DNA from: Curvularia clavata
Taxonomy: Eukaryota
DNA: 64,000 nucleotides
NCBI GenBank assembly: GCA_023920165.1
Contig: CP089278.1
Location: 1,488,001 to 1,552,000, forward strand
Direction: 5' to 3'
Both the position numbers and the translations under genes were made by a program. How positions within the stretch are numbered: position 1 is the stretch's first letter; the number at the start of each line of letters is the position of its first letter. The notes beneath the pieces are model-generated. The model had not been told where the DNA came from. It made no database searches and saw only the letters and a list, made by a program, of their open reading frames with translations. This document shows, piece after piece, positions 1 through 11,847 of this stretch.

Positions 1-250
1 ACCTTCATGTATGTATACTTACAACAGAAGAAAGCCCTATAATAGTCTTAACTGTATTGCTATTGAGCCGCCAATCGACTCGGCCAAAGGGGGGAATTGA
101 ATATATACATGTTCAATAAAAAAATTGAAAAAAGACTTGTTTGCCCCCGACTCTGAGAGTTTATCGTAACGTTGACCGAAGAAGGATGAGTAAAAAGAAC
201 AGAAAGCGACGCACCCATGGGCCATTCTCCAAGGCACGTACAAGAAGTAG

Positions 251-258
251 AAAAAAAA
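251..258 (-). terminator. RNA polymerase III terminator (T8) of the tRNA-Gln gene
   Basis: Run of 8 A on the plus strand, 12 nt downstream of the tRNA 3' end on the minus strand. Confidence 0.7.
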
Positions 259-270
259 GGAAAGACTGTG

Positions 271-357
271 AGGTCTTGCCCGGAATCGAACCGGGGTTGC
301 CGGAAGACTCTGACGCAGTATCAGAATCCGGAGTGATAACCGCTACACTACAAAACC
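271..357 (-). tRNA. tRNA-Gln (anticodon CTG) with 15-nt intron
   Basis: Minus strand reads GGTTTTG-TA-GTGTAGCGGTTATCAC-T-CCGGA-TTCTGA-[TACTGCGTCAGAGTC]-T-TCCGG-CAAC-CCCGG-TTCGATT-CCGGG-CAAGACC-T. All four stems pair, the intron sits at the canonical 37/38 position, and the length is 72+15 nt. Confidence 0.96.
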
Positions 358-966
358 GATGGTGAGATGAAAATTTATAGATATCATATAGTACTTTCAA
401 AATTCCCACCAAGCAGTTAGATCTAAGAAGGGCATTTTCCGCTTTCCAGTTGCGGTTGACTTACAGATACATTACTCTTGATCGTTTTCCGGCTTGAAGA
501 TTTTTCCATGGTAGCGGGGTTGGTGGGGTTGAGATGAAAGTCTTGCTAGTGGGGCAATAACATCAGAAGAGCATTTGGCATGGTCGAGAACTTTGAGTAA
601 TGTCAATGCGTCTATCACTCGCTCTGTGCATCTTGGGTCGTATTCAAAACCTGTACAATTTGTCCAAGACGTTCTCTGTTCGGTGTTGAAGCTTCCTCAA
701 AAGAGCGGGGTAGCAACACGAGACACCGTCGGTATGTCCTAGCTGACCACGAATCAACCTCACCATTCCTGAATCCTCAATGTGATCGTCAGATTGCACA
801 GTTCCATAGAAGGCGGCTCCAGAGTGGCATGCGAGCATATATTATGATCTCTCTCTAACATTGCGCGCATCGCCTTGATCTTAGCAACCGACGCGTTCGC
901 GAAGTTTCTCGACCAGTTGTTGACCTACACCCATGTTAACGCTTTCGCACAGGATCGATTGTTAGC

Positions 967-1876
967 TTAAGCATTGCTGACGGCCTGCACAATAGCACCC
1001 TTTGCGCCTTGGTCCAGACCGTCAAGCTTCGCCATGTCGTCCTCGTCCAGCTCGAAACCGTACACATCGGCGTTGCTCACGATCCGAGAAGGTGTGTCGC
1101 TTTTGGGGAGCGGCACAAAGCCTTTTTGGAGACTCCATCGGATGAGGACCTGGTTAGGCTCCTTGTTGTGTTTATTGGCGATACTGGTGAGCGTCTCGTC
1201 ATTGGCCTTTTCGTTGCGTACAATGGGGCAGTATGCTTCGATTACAATGTTGCGTTGCTTGCAGTAGTCGACAATCTCGCGCTGCTGACACCATGGGTGG
1301 AGCTGGTAAAGAAAGTTAGCCTTCATGTCCAACCGGACAGCGAGTGGGACATGCCTCGATTTGGTTCACAGCAGGTAGAGCATCCTTGCTGTCAAAAGTA
1401 GCAATCTCATCGATGTGCTGAATACCATAGTTGCTCACGCCAATGTCTCGCACCTTTCCTTGCTCTTTTGCCTTTTTCAGTGCTAGCCACATTATCTTCC
1501 TGGCCTCTTTGCCTCCGTTTGGGCTGTGAATGAGAAAGAGATCTGCATAGCCGTCCTTTCCGGCAAGCTTCTCAACACTGTCGATGATCTTCTTGTACGT
1601 CGACTCGACATCTTCACCAGGACTCAGGATTTTGGACGTAATGTAAACGTCCTCGCGTGGAAGCCCACTTTCGGCCACTGCCTGCCCAACCTGTTCTTCA
1701 TTGGCGTAGTATTGCGCTGTGTCGATGTGCCGGTAGCCGGCCTCGAAAGCGTTTTTGCACGACTTAACACATACGTCCTTGGGCGATAGGTAGACACCAA
1801 ACCCAATCTTTGGAATCTTGTACTGGGAAGTCGGCAAGTCGAAAGTTGAATTAATACTGAGTGTGCTGGTGGACAT
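967..1876 (-). CDS. Aldo/keto reductase family protein (2 exons; intron 1303-1354)
   Basis: Motifs IPKIGFG, GYRHIDTAQYY, DLFLIHSP, IGVSNY, NQIE|LHPW, IEAYCP and LPKS. The exons join in frame across a GC-AG intron. Confidence 0.93.
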
Positions 1877-2677
1877 GGTGAATAGCGGGGTAGCAACAGT
1901 GAAAGGCTGCTTTAACAATGCTGTCAACGACGGATGAGTGATGTGACGGATTGCAGTGCGGGAAGTGCAGGAAGCTCGAGGCCATATAAGCATGCCAGGT
2001 TGCTCAGGTTACGTGGACGATTTTTTGTGCTACCGCACCTTCCAATGGAGCTCGAGGTGCTGCATAACGCAGCTGATGTATTAGTGGTGATGTCACTGCA
2101 CGCAACGTCTAGTACTTTATGGTGGGGCTCCTCATTATACAGTGGGGTTTAGGAAGGTCCTTAATGGAAGCTTACCCAAGTGAGCCATGAGGGGAATACA
2201 AACGCAATCCAAACGTGCCCAGATATTTGGTATGCAGTGATAAGAGTTGATGTTAAGTTGGTATATTCGTTCACCAGCGCCTGGCTGCTCCGCTCCGAAA
2301 CTGTCAAACTACCTGATTCATACGTTATCTAAACAACTGGAGTACTTAAGACAGCCCAAGGCTGAACACGGGGCCAAAATTATCGAAATGAATAGCGTTG
2401 GAGGCAGTGAGTATAGTTGCACATGCTAGACTGTCCGACAAGGGAACGAATCGCTCATTGGAAGTAAGACGATTGACTGAGTATGAAGGAGTACGAGGAA
2501 GCTATCGAGATATGCGGGACATCACAGCAGATTTTCTGCCATTTTGTCTTGTTTTGTTTTATTTTGTCTTATTTTAAATCACAAGCTCGGAATTTCTATT
2601 CAACCGTGGATTGTATCCTGGTGAACCTGTATGTAGCTGCTATATTTACTCCACCGCCATTATCATTTGTCCGCGGT

Positions 2678-3197
2678 TTAGTTGATCTTCTTAAGCTCGA
2701 CCTCGCTATAATGAAGTTAGTATAATGACCTGAGTTCATGGTCTCACAGAGCAAGGGCTTACAAGATGAGATCCGAGTGGGGAGGGATCAGGCCAGGGAA
2801 TGACCTGCGTATCCATCAGCATTCACGAACATATGCTTGTTTTCGCAGCAAGAACTCACTGGCTTCCGTAGGCGAAGTCGCTGGTGATGTCCAGCCTAGC
2901 CTTCTCGCCAAGCTTCATCTGCACAACACCCTCATCCCAGCCCTTGATGACACGGCCAACACCGATCTTGGTCTGGAAAGGACCACGGTTAGTGGTGCTG
3001 TCAAACTGTTTGCCCTTGTCGGAGCTGGCGTCCTTCAGCCAGCCAGTGTACTCCATGGTGACTGTGTCGCCAGCCTTTGGGGATGGGCCGTTGCCGTCCT
3101 GGATGATGGTCTTCGTGACACCCATTGCGCGTGTGGTTGAAGTGAAAGCTCGAGTAGTAAGGCGGTTGAAAGAGGAGGGGTTGAAGATGCTTCTCAT
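2678..3197 (-). CDS. FPR1: FKBP12-type peptidyl-prolyl isomerase (3 exons); second in-frame ATG at 3125
   Basis: MGVTKTII...YTGWL...FDST...VIKGWDEGV...AYG|SFPGLIPPHSDLIF|EVELKKIN*. Both introns are GT-AG. Confidence 0.94.
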
Positions 3198-3776
3198 GTG
3201 TGGAGTGGGAGGAAAGGGTGAAGAAAGGATGGCTGCTAGGGATGAGCAAAAGAGGGTACCATGGAGGGGTAGCTATGGTGGGGGTTAGAGTGGGGTACAG
3301 ATCGCCAGTGCACAGCCTCGTACATGATGCAAGGGCAAGTACGACGAGCACAACCAATGGGCTGAGCACGTCTTTGCCGTTTCGGGTACTCAGGGTATGT
3401 GTTTTGCATATGTGGCGAATGGCGTGATTCTGACTAAAGTAAAAGAACCCTAGGCTTGTGTGTTTGCTTTGTAAAAGAGAAAGGAGTGCTTTGGTGCAAA
3501 TCGCCGGGCAGATACAGCGGCTGGATGGAGCTTTTGGTACAGTTGGATTTACTGCATGTAAATCACAGAGCCGGTTGGTTTATTCAAAAACATCAGGCTA
3601 CCCAGCAGACCTTTCAGCTGCCAGCTTAGATATCCACATTTGCCAACCGCCCAACTTGGCTATGAATTGCCATCATCCCGTGTCACTGTAATCAGAACAC
3701 CACGCCCAAACGCCATGCTTATGCAGAGAGGAGATGTTGTACAGCTGTTTATACTGAGATTTCCATCTTGCTCAGT

Positions 3777-4293
3777 TCATCCAAACCAAGACTTGTTCTT
3801 CCTGGCTTCCTTTCTCGCAGCTTGCTGCATAGATATTAGCAACTGTTTATCAATGTCGATACACGTCGTGGGAGGACAATCGCGGGAGCGCATGCAGTGC
3901 ACAGTCGAGAGACAGGACGTACCCATTGTTCTTTGCATTCTCGATATGCTCTGTCAAATGCCTGTTAGCAGATATTTCTTCATAGTTCTCATGGTTACAG
4001 CCTGAGGCTTCGGCATTTCTCCTTGTAGAATACTTCGACTTACTGGAAAAAGTCCGCGCACATAGCCCTCTCTCCGCCATTCCTCTTCAAACACCGTATG
4101 CTCCTGTCTGCAGCCTCCTGGCACGGGTCAAAGTACTCGCTGTACGCTTTGCTGATTTGAGAGTATATCAGTTTCCTTCTCATTCCTCATAATGGGGCCG
4201 CCGATCGATTAGCAGGGTGGCGTACTTGTCAAACTTTGTGGCTTTGTCGCCAGACCATTCGCTTGCTTTGGAGGGTGTGGGCTTCTCTGACAT
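3777..4293 (-). CDS. COX23: Twin CX9C mitochondrial intermembrane-space protein, Cox23-like (83 aa; exons 4226-4293, 4044-4151, 3923-3950, 3777-3824)
   Basis: Spliced by hand and absent from the ORF track. Reads [43 protein letters not shown], with two CX9C motifs and the YFDPCQE signature. Confidence 0.88.
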
Positions 4294-5853
4294 TGCGACA
4301 AGTTTGGAAGAGCGTGCGACTCAGGGAAAGAAAAAAGCAACTGGATGACGAGTGAATCGTGCCTGTTGGGATGAATTGCGCAACGCTAGGCTTGGAAGCC
4401 GATCATTGAGAAAGAGGCCGCGGAGGTGCGTTATCGATAAGCGAGTTACCTAGGCACGGCAGCGGCCACAGCGGGACGTGTGATGGGCACTTCCTTGTCG
4501 TACAGCGGGACCCAACGCAAGTCAAGTGTCATGGCATCATCCTACCGTAGCTTAACTAGCTCTGCTTGTTGCTTCTTTTGCTCCGACATTCCTGGTTGCC
4601 GGATGTCGGTATTGTGTACTCTGGGCTATTATATATACACCAGCCTTCAGTTTCACCACACAAAACGCACGCTGTATTCTCATCCTCTCAAGTGGTGGTC
4701 AGGCTGCAAAACAGAATCAGAGCCCATTGTGTCATGGCGTTCTAATTCAGGTCGAAGCCTGATATTCTATCGGACTTCCGGGCAGCACGGGCTTTACGAT
4801 GGCCTTGGCCTAAGGATGGTGCGCTTTCTCTATGGCAACGAATGCGGAGCTGAAGCTATGCATTCAACGGAAGTCGTTACACAAGGGCAGTAGGCGCAAA
4901 TCTCTCTCCACTTGATTGGAAGGTCTCGTTGGAATGCAACGCAACACTCGAGATTTGCTGTGACCATGTCCCGTATAAGGCTGAGCTGCTTCAGCAAGAT
5001 GGCTTGGCCTTGGCTCTATACATGACCAGCATTTCATACCCAACCCTGTGGCTGCAAAATCGCGAATTCAGTGTACTAGGTACACCATGGCTACCTGATA
5101 TCGGTTGAGACCACGGTCCGGAAAAGCATCTTTCAATCCAGGACCATCTAGGGTTCTTGATCACAGAGGAGACCGGGCTGCAAGGGTGCCACTAACGAGA
5201 CCAATGTTTTGGTGTTGTAGTCAGTACCGAGTAGCATGTGCAGGGTTTGACCGTGAGCTGTGCTGTAGTCTGGCCGAGCCATGGACATAGCACCGACAAT
5301 GCTCTCGCCACCAGTAGCGACAGTTGTAGACAGGCAGCGCTCTAGACTTTGCCCAGGGTCAAGCTGAAGACGTTTGAAGGCTCTCCTCTCTGAGCTATTG
5401 TCACTGTGGTTTCGCTGTGGCGTCCGGTCAAGATGGATCGATGTCGAGAGCGTCGTTACGAGTCGCGTGCCCACGTCATTGGTGTTGAGGACCCGTAAGG
5501 AAGGCGACGGGCCAATGGGACAATGCCATGGTATGGAATTGACATGGCTCGAGGGAATGGTTGGCGGTGGTTGACGACGGGGATTCGGGGCTGGCGCTAA
5601 AGACGGAACGAGGGAGAGGGTGCAATGTGAACGGCTGCTGCGGCAAATTGACGGGAGCAAGGGCAGTGGTGACCGAGCGCCAGCCCAGCATACTTCGACT
5701 AGCAGGCCCGCACTTGCATGCATAACCACTGCCAGCCATACTCGCAGTCCTTCTCTACCAGGGCAAAGTCCCATGTGAGCAGATGCTCCATCTTCCAACC
5801 TCCCGGCTGCCCTCGTCGTCGTCCGCCCACACTGAGACCCATCGCCCGCCGCC

Positions 5854-8800
5854 ATGGACAATCGAGCGTCGCCGACCCCGCCCACCGCTCGCTCCAAGAA
5901 TTCATCCTCGTCCATCGCGTCCTCTAGCACGCCCGCACATGCCCCCTCGACCTCACAGTCCGCCACCATGTCCTCGACGTCACGGCCCGGGCGCGGAGGC
6001 ACCCCGACTGCCGGCCGCTCCGCCTCGAAGCTGGGTGACGGCGACAAGCCCACACGCGCGGCAAGCAAAGACAGCCTGAAGCAGAAGATGATGCTGAAGA
6101 AGGAAGAGACGCCCCAGCCGAGCAGAGCAGAAGAGGTGCGATATGCCACTCACCGCACCAGCGGCCATTTGCACTAACATCGGCCAGCAACTCAAAGCCC
6201 TCAAGGTCGAGTTTGACAGCCTTCGCACCCACCTTACATGCAAGATCTGTGACCGCCTGCTGTACCAGCCTTTCACCATATCATGCGGACACACGTACTG
6301 CTACACAGTAAGCCAAGCGCATGTATTACCGCATCTGTCAACATCTAACATGTCTAGTGCCTCTGCACCTGGTTCGTTAGCAACAAGGCTCGCAAGACAT
6401 GTCCCGACTGCCGCATTGTCGTCAAGGATCTGCCTGCCCCCGCCTATGTGGTGAGTCAAGACGAGCCAAACCAAAGACGCCATGGCGAGCCCTCTCTGAC
6501 ACACATGCCTAGATACGGGATATGACCAACGTCTTCATAGCCCGCGCCGAACTGCTTCCGCAGGGCGAGAGCCTCGACGATCACAAGAAATGGCAGAAAG
6601 ACGAAGCCGATGCCGTGCAGCAGGACAAAGACAATGACGATCCCCGCACCGGAGGCCTCTTCAAAGGCTGCTTCCGGCATGCTCAACACCAACGAGGTCC
6701 TTCACTTCAAGTCGTCCGCGACCAAGAAGACGGAGTTGACCGTTGCCCGGTCTGCACCTGGGAACTGGAAGATGGCGGCTGCACTCAGTGCGGACTGATA
6801 TTCGATGAGACGGGCGAGGTCTCCTGGGGTGACAGCTTCTCCGGCTTTAGCGACATGGACGAGATGTCAGAGCACGACACAGATCTCGATGCTGAGATGG
6901 ACTTTGAGCACGGTGAATATGACGACTACGATGATGGCATGGCTGAATGGGGATATCCTCCTGATGACTCGGTCATGATGCGCCGCTTCCTCGAGGCCGG
7001 AATACCACCACATGCAGCCGCTTTCGCCCGACGCCGTCCAATCTCCCACAGTGAAGCTGGCAGTCGACGCTCGTACACTCAAAGTATAGTCTCAGACATA
7101 TACGGTGATGAGATGGACACAGTCGAAGAGGAAGACGAAGAAGGCCTGGATGAGGACTCCTCCATGAATGACTTTATTGACGATGATGAGGTACCAGCCT
7201 CCAGTTCACCAAGCGATGCGTCCTCCACACCCGGCCCCATGCCTCAACCTTCAGGCAACAGAGCACGAAGAGCACGCCGCATCGTAGAGTCTGAGACCTC
7301 ATCTAACCGTTCGAGCGTCATCGAAGGGGATGAAGACGAGGACGAAGAGGACCAAGGGCCGATTCGTAGAGGAGTGAGAAATTCTGCTCAGTCTCGTGCT
7401 CTGCACCGAGCCAACGGCTCAAGATCCTCCCATGAGACAGCTTCGTCAGCATCCACTGATGTCTCCAACGAAGAGGAGCTCGACGAAGATACTCAGGCCT
7501 TGCTAAGAGAGGAGGGGTGGATGTTGCAGCGGGATGATGACGACGAAATGGGCGAAGAAGACGAAGATGACAGTGATGGAGGAAGAACGACCGTTGGGTG
7601 GGAACCGCTTGCGAACTCAAATGACAGAAGCCGAATGGGCGGTTCTCTAACACCTACTGCAGATCGTCCTCGGCCTAGTGCCCCCATCCGACCGCCTTCG
7701 CGAACCGGTAATGCTCGTGTCTTGAATGCCTCCCGTGGCCTGCGTCGAAGACCCTCTGTTCCTCCTACCTCGGCAGCCCCTTACGAAGATGGCGAAGCAG
7801 ACGACGATGACTCGGACCAAGATCGTGATGTCGAGCTGGCTATGCACACTTTGCGGACACGCCGCTCACAAGCTCATATGCGGAATGTGGCAACCTTTTC
7901 AAACCCCACTGCTCGCTTGTCCAACCGTGGGGCTGCTCAGGTTGATGGGACAAATGAAGGGGATACTGATGACAACTCGGACAATTCACAGGGGCATGCA
8001 CGTGGTGCTCCTCGTGTGCAGCGCCGGGAATACGATCCGCGTATCAGTTGGATGTTTGCTGCGCATCAACAGGCTCTTCAGCAGCACCAGATGGCAGGCG
8101 CATTGATAGACGTCGAGCCACGAGCCATTACTCCGCTTTCTCGTCCCCGCACGAGGAACAGGAATCGACCAAGCCCGGCACAGTCATACTCCCCATTCTT
8201 GCCCCCTGCACGTCTGAGGACGCCATTGATGGACAACACGTCAAACCTTGCTATGGACCCTCGTATGCCCATATCGCCGCCTCGGAGAAGCGCCATGTCT
8301 CCAGGATTCCCGGCAATGGCGCACAACGGCAACATGAGCAGGTTTGATCGCGCTCCTTCTGTTAGCTCAAATAGCAATACTTCTACCATCTTGACTCCTG
8401 GCTCGTCTACTCCCACGTCTCAACATTCTATCGATAGCATAGCACAGACACAGGCTGCTGCGGCTATGGATATGATTGACCGTCCACAGAGCCGTGTCAG
8501 TGCTCGTCCCTCTTCAGCGAATAGCAGGAGGAACTCTGGGAATTTCGCCAATGCTTTTCCTCACGCTGGCATGGGACTGCATGTTCAGGGCGCGGCTCTC
8601 CCACCCTTTGCCGCTCGAGGCAATCCCTGGGCCGCTTTTGTCCAAGCACGTGGTGTGCGGAACCGCAACTCGCGCCAACTGCTACGAAACGAGTCTTCGG
8701 TAGCCACTTTGCGACCGGCAAACTCTCGTGTCAATGTTCGAGAAACCAATACTCAACAACAAAGTACGAGACCTCAGCCATCACGCCTCAACCTCAGACC

Positions 8801-9389
8801 CCAGCCGTCAAGGCGTCAGCTGAATCCTCAAGCTTCAACCCGAACTCTGCGAGCAAGTGAGCATGGAAGGCCACCTCCCTCCCCCACCCAAACCCCTCAA
8901 TCACCAGGTCAGCCTGCTACTCGTCCAACTGGACTGACGCAGGACGAACGCAACATGCGAGCTCGCGAACTCATTGAGACGAGGAGACAGGCACTTGGAC
9001 AACGCGACAATAGTGTTCCTGCACGCACTAATCCATTCACACAAGGCTTCCAGCGTCCCGCCAATCCTACTGGTTCGCCTCAGATGCAACAACCAACCAC
9101 CGCACAGCATGTGAGAAGTAACTCGAATGAGTCGATAAACTCTACAGGCACAGTGCAAGGCGGCTCCGCATCACCCGTGCTTGGTCGGCGTCGGAGCAAC
9201 CGTAACTTGCACAATCCTTCCTCTCCCGGCCTACATTCGCCTACGCAAGGAGCCTACAGTGGGCCTGCGCCAGCGTACACCAACAGCTACTACCGTCCTA
9301 GACAGGGCACTCTGAATGGTGCACAAGCACCTTACGAGTCTACACTGACTACGAATATGAGTCCCATGATGGCGGGTCCTCTTATCTAA
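5854..9389 (+). CDS. RING-finger E3 ubiquitin ligase, Psh1-like, with long acidic and Ser/Arg/Pro-rich disordered tail (start may be ATG 5968; 3 introns)
   Basis: Spliced C3HC4 RING: CKIC...CGHTYCYT|CLCTWF...TCPDCR. A second Zn motif RCPVCTWELEDGGCTQC and acidic tracts follow. Confidence 0.85.
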
Positions 9390-10980
9390 AAGAAAAGGAG
9401 GGGCTCCCTGGAAGATAAAAGACAAAAAAAGGACTATGGTCATACTCCTTTCAGTTTTTCCTTGTTTGTTTCTGTTGGCGTTTTGTTACTACACTGCACA
9501 TTCCTTTAGCATTCGGAGGGGATATACGGGATACACCACGGTTTTTCTGCTAGTGTGATGGACACGAGATATGAGATTTACAACATTTCTTTTTGACAGC
9601 CCTGTTCTCTCCCCATGTTTTTTTTTTCGATTTTGATTTCTCTTGAACTCGTTTTCAGCGGCATCAAAATGTGGTCCTGTCTTTCCAGAGCGAGCTTTTC
9701 TGTTCCAAGCATTTTACTGGCGTCATTCCTTTTTGCGCGCGGGACGGTTACTATACCATAACAGCATTGAACGGTTGGGATTCCTGAAGGTGACATGAAA
9801 GCCAGATGGGGTTGGGAAACGATACGATACGATATGATTTGTACGCAGGCATTTTCTTCTCATTGTGTTTCTTATTCTCTTAATTTATGTAGTTGCATTT
9901 ACGAGAGCACAGTGTGAATCTTTACTCCACATCATCGTATTTTGTTTGCTTGTTGGCATCCTTGTGTAATGTGAGATCGTGTCGATACTAAACATGGCAC
10001 CATTCCCTGGTGATTTTCCCGCCACCGGCTGGCATGATCGACGTACCACTATCTAACGCCGATCACGAGGTGCGATCATCTTGTGTCAATCAAAAAAGTG
10101 GGACTGATTGCGTGTGCCAACATATCTCAATGCAGAAGTGGCCCTGTCCGGGAACCGTGTTCTATACACCTGTGGGTGCAAAACCATATTCATTGCATTC
10201 ATGTGATGCTGTACTACGCACATTGTCCTGGTTCCCGCAATTTGTGTGGATACAGCAATAGTGCCACTCTACTAGGCAACATAGCTTGCCTTGTCTTACC
10301 ATGCGTTAATAGCATGCCCGTCAAACTCTGAAGTCCCCTATCCCACACTGTAGAACCTCCGTTGTGTTGAGCTTAACAATCTGGTTCCTTAGCTTGCAAA
10401 GCTGTACGCCCCATTCCTGCGCCGTGAACAAATATGAAGCACGTGTCGTAATAATAATAATCATTGCGGCTGGAGAAAGAAAGATATGAATGTATGGTGA
10501 ATATGATAAAGCAAGTGCGTGATGCAAAAGCATGGGGTTCATGACATGTTAGTCGAGACACCTCCAACGCATCAATAACGGTCAAACGACCGGAAGCACC
10601 GAAAACGTGCTGCAGTAGTTATGTATGAAGAAGGGGCCGAAAGTATATGGTGGCCAGGTCCGGCACATTAGGTCTCCTCGGGATGTGTGCGTGAGCGTAT
10701 TTGCGGGCCTCTTTGCGTTGGTTCAGAACAATTGCTAGAGCCGTTAAACCAGTCATGATAATGAGTGGTACGACGGTAAAATGCATGCGGGATCCTGGGA
10801 CATGGAAGATATGTGGTTACGCAGACGGAAGAGTAGTGGTACAAGGTCGCGGGATGATCTCACGTGTCATCTGTCAAGTAGATGGTTCTGACGAAAGCAA
10901 ACGTCAGTTTACAGCACGGCCATGGGAATCACTTTGGAAGACGTACCGGAGATGCTGAGATGCAAACGACTGTGCATCAA

Positions 10981-11847
10981 CTAGTCCATGTAAAAATCAC
11001 CCTTGAGGATCCGTTCCTGCATGGCATCGGGAACCTTGGGCTTGGGCATCTCACGGGCCGGAGGTTCCATGATTGTAACGCTCTTGGCACGGTGATGAGA
11101 TGGGCCCATGGCACCCAGCGACGAAGAGGGGCCGGAAATGGATCCCCGCTCGGCTCGTGATCGGAGGTTCTCAGCGAAATTGTAACCTTCGCCTGTTGAA
11201 GACGATGTTAGCGAGTAGTTTCCAAGTACAGTCTCGGCATGCTCGGAAATAGTTGACGGCCAAATGTGCGAAATGGAAGTGGATCGCCGCGAGTGGGAGT
11301 GGGTAAAGGGGCGGAGCAGTGAAGAGGATGAGGGCAATGACTGCGACAATGAAGACAGACCTCGACCTCGACCAGTCGGGGGGGAGGAAGCTTTATGGAT
11401 GGGTGGTCTACCATTTGGGTTCCCAACGCCTCCGTTGCCCTGCCTAACATCCCGCATTGCACGAGCTCCAAAGCTCAGCCGACGAGCAAACGGAGTTGCC
11501 GGGTTGCTGCTAGTGGAAGGACCAAAGTCGTCCTCGAAAGGGCTCTCGTCGACGGAGCCAGAGTTGGCACTCGAGATGCTCTCGGTACGGGTCCTTGGGG
11601 TCTGCAGGAAGGGCGACGTCTGACCAGGGGAGGCTCCTAGACCAATCGTCGTCAGCGAGAGGCGTCGTCGTTGGGCGTTGGCAGCAGCCGTGGCGATGGG
11701 ACCAGAAGATTGCTGTCCAACGGTTGGCAGGTTTGCCATGCTGTTTGACCGGCCAAAGAGGTCGTGGAATGTCTGGCTGGTGATTGAGGCCCGTCGGCGA
11801 GCATCTGGCGAGTGCAGAGGAGGGGAGTTGCGGTCGTTGGAAGACAT
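10981..11847 (-). CDS. Fungal low-complexity protein of unknown function with multiple RRxS motifs; probable in-frame intron ending at 11193
   Basis: 288-codon ORF with RRRASI, RRRLSL and RRLSF, ending MQERILKGDFYMD. A GCTAAC...CAG acceptor lies at 11193. Confidence 0.8.
   Translation of the reverse strand: MSSNDRNSPPLHSPDARRRASITSQTFHDLFGRSNSMANLPTVGQQSSGPIATAAANAQRRRLSLTTIGLGASPGQTSPFLQTPRTRTESISSANSGSVDESPFEDDFGPSTSSNPATPFARRLSFGARAMRDVRQGNGGVGNPNGRPPIHKASSPPTGRGRGLSSLSQSLPSSSSLLRPFTHSHSRRSTSISHIWPSTISEHAETVLGNYSLTSSSTGEGYNFAENLRSRAERGSISGPSSSLGAMGPSHHRAKSVTIMEPPAREMPKPKVPDAMQERILKGDFYMD

Noticed and set aside
5148..6149. 333-aa minus-strand ORF
   Set aside because: Antisense shadow of the GC-rich 5' end of the RING gene, with no recognisable motif.
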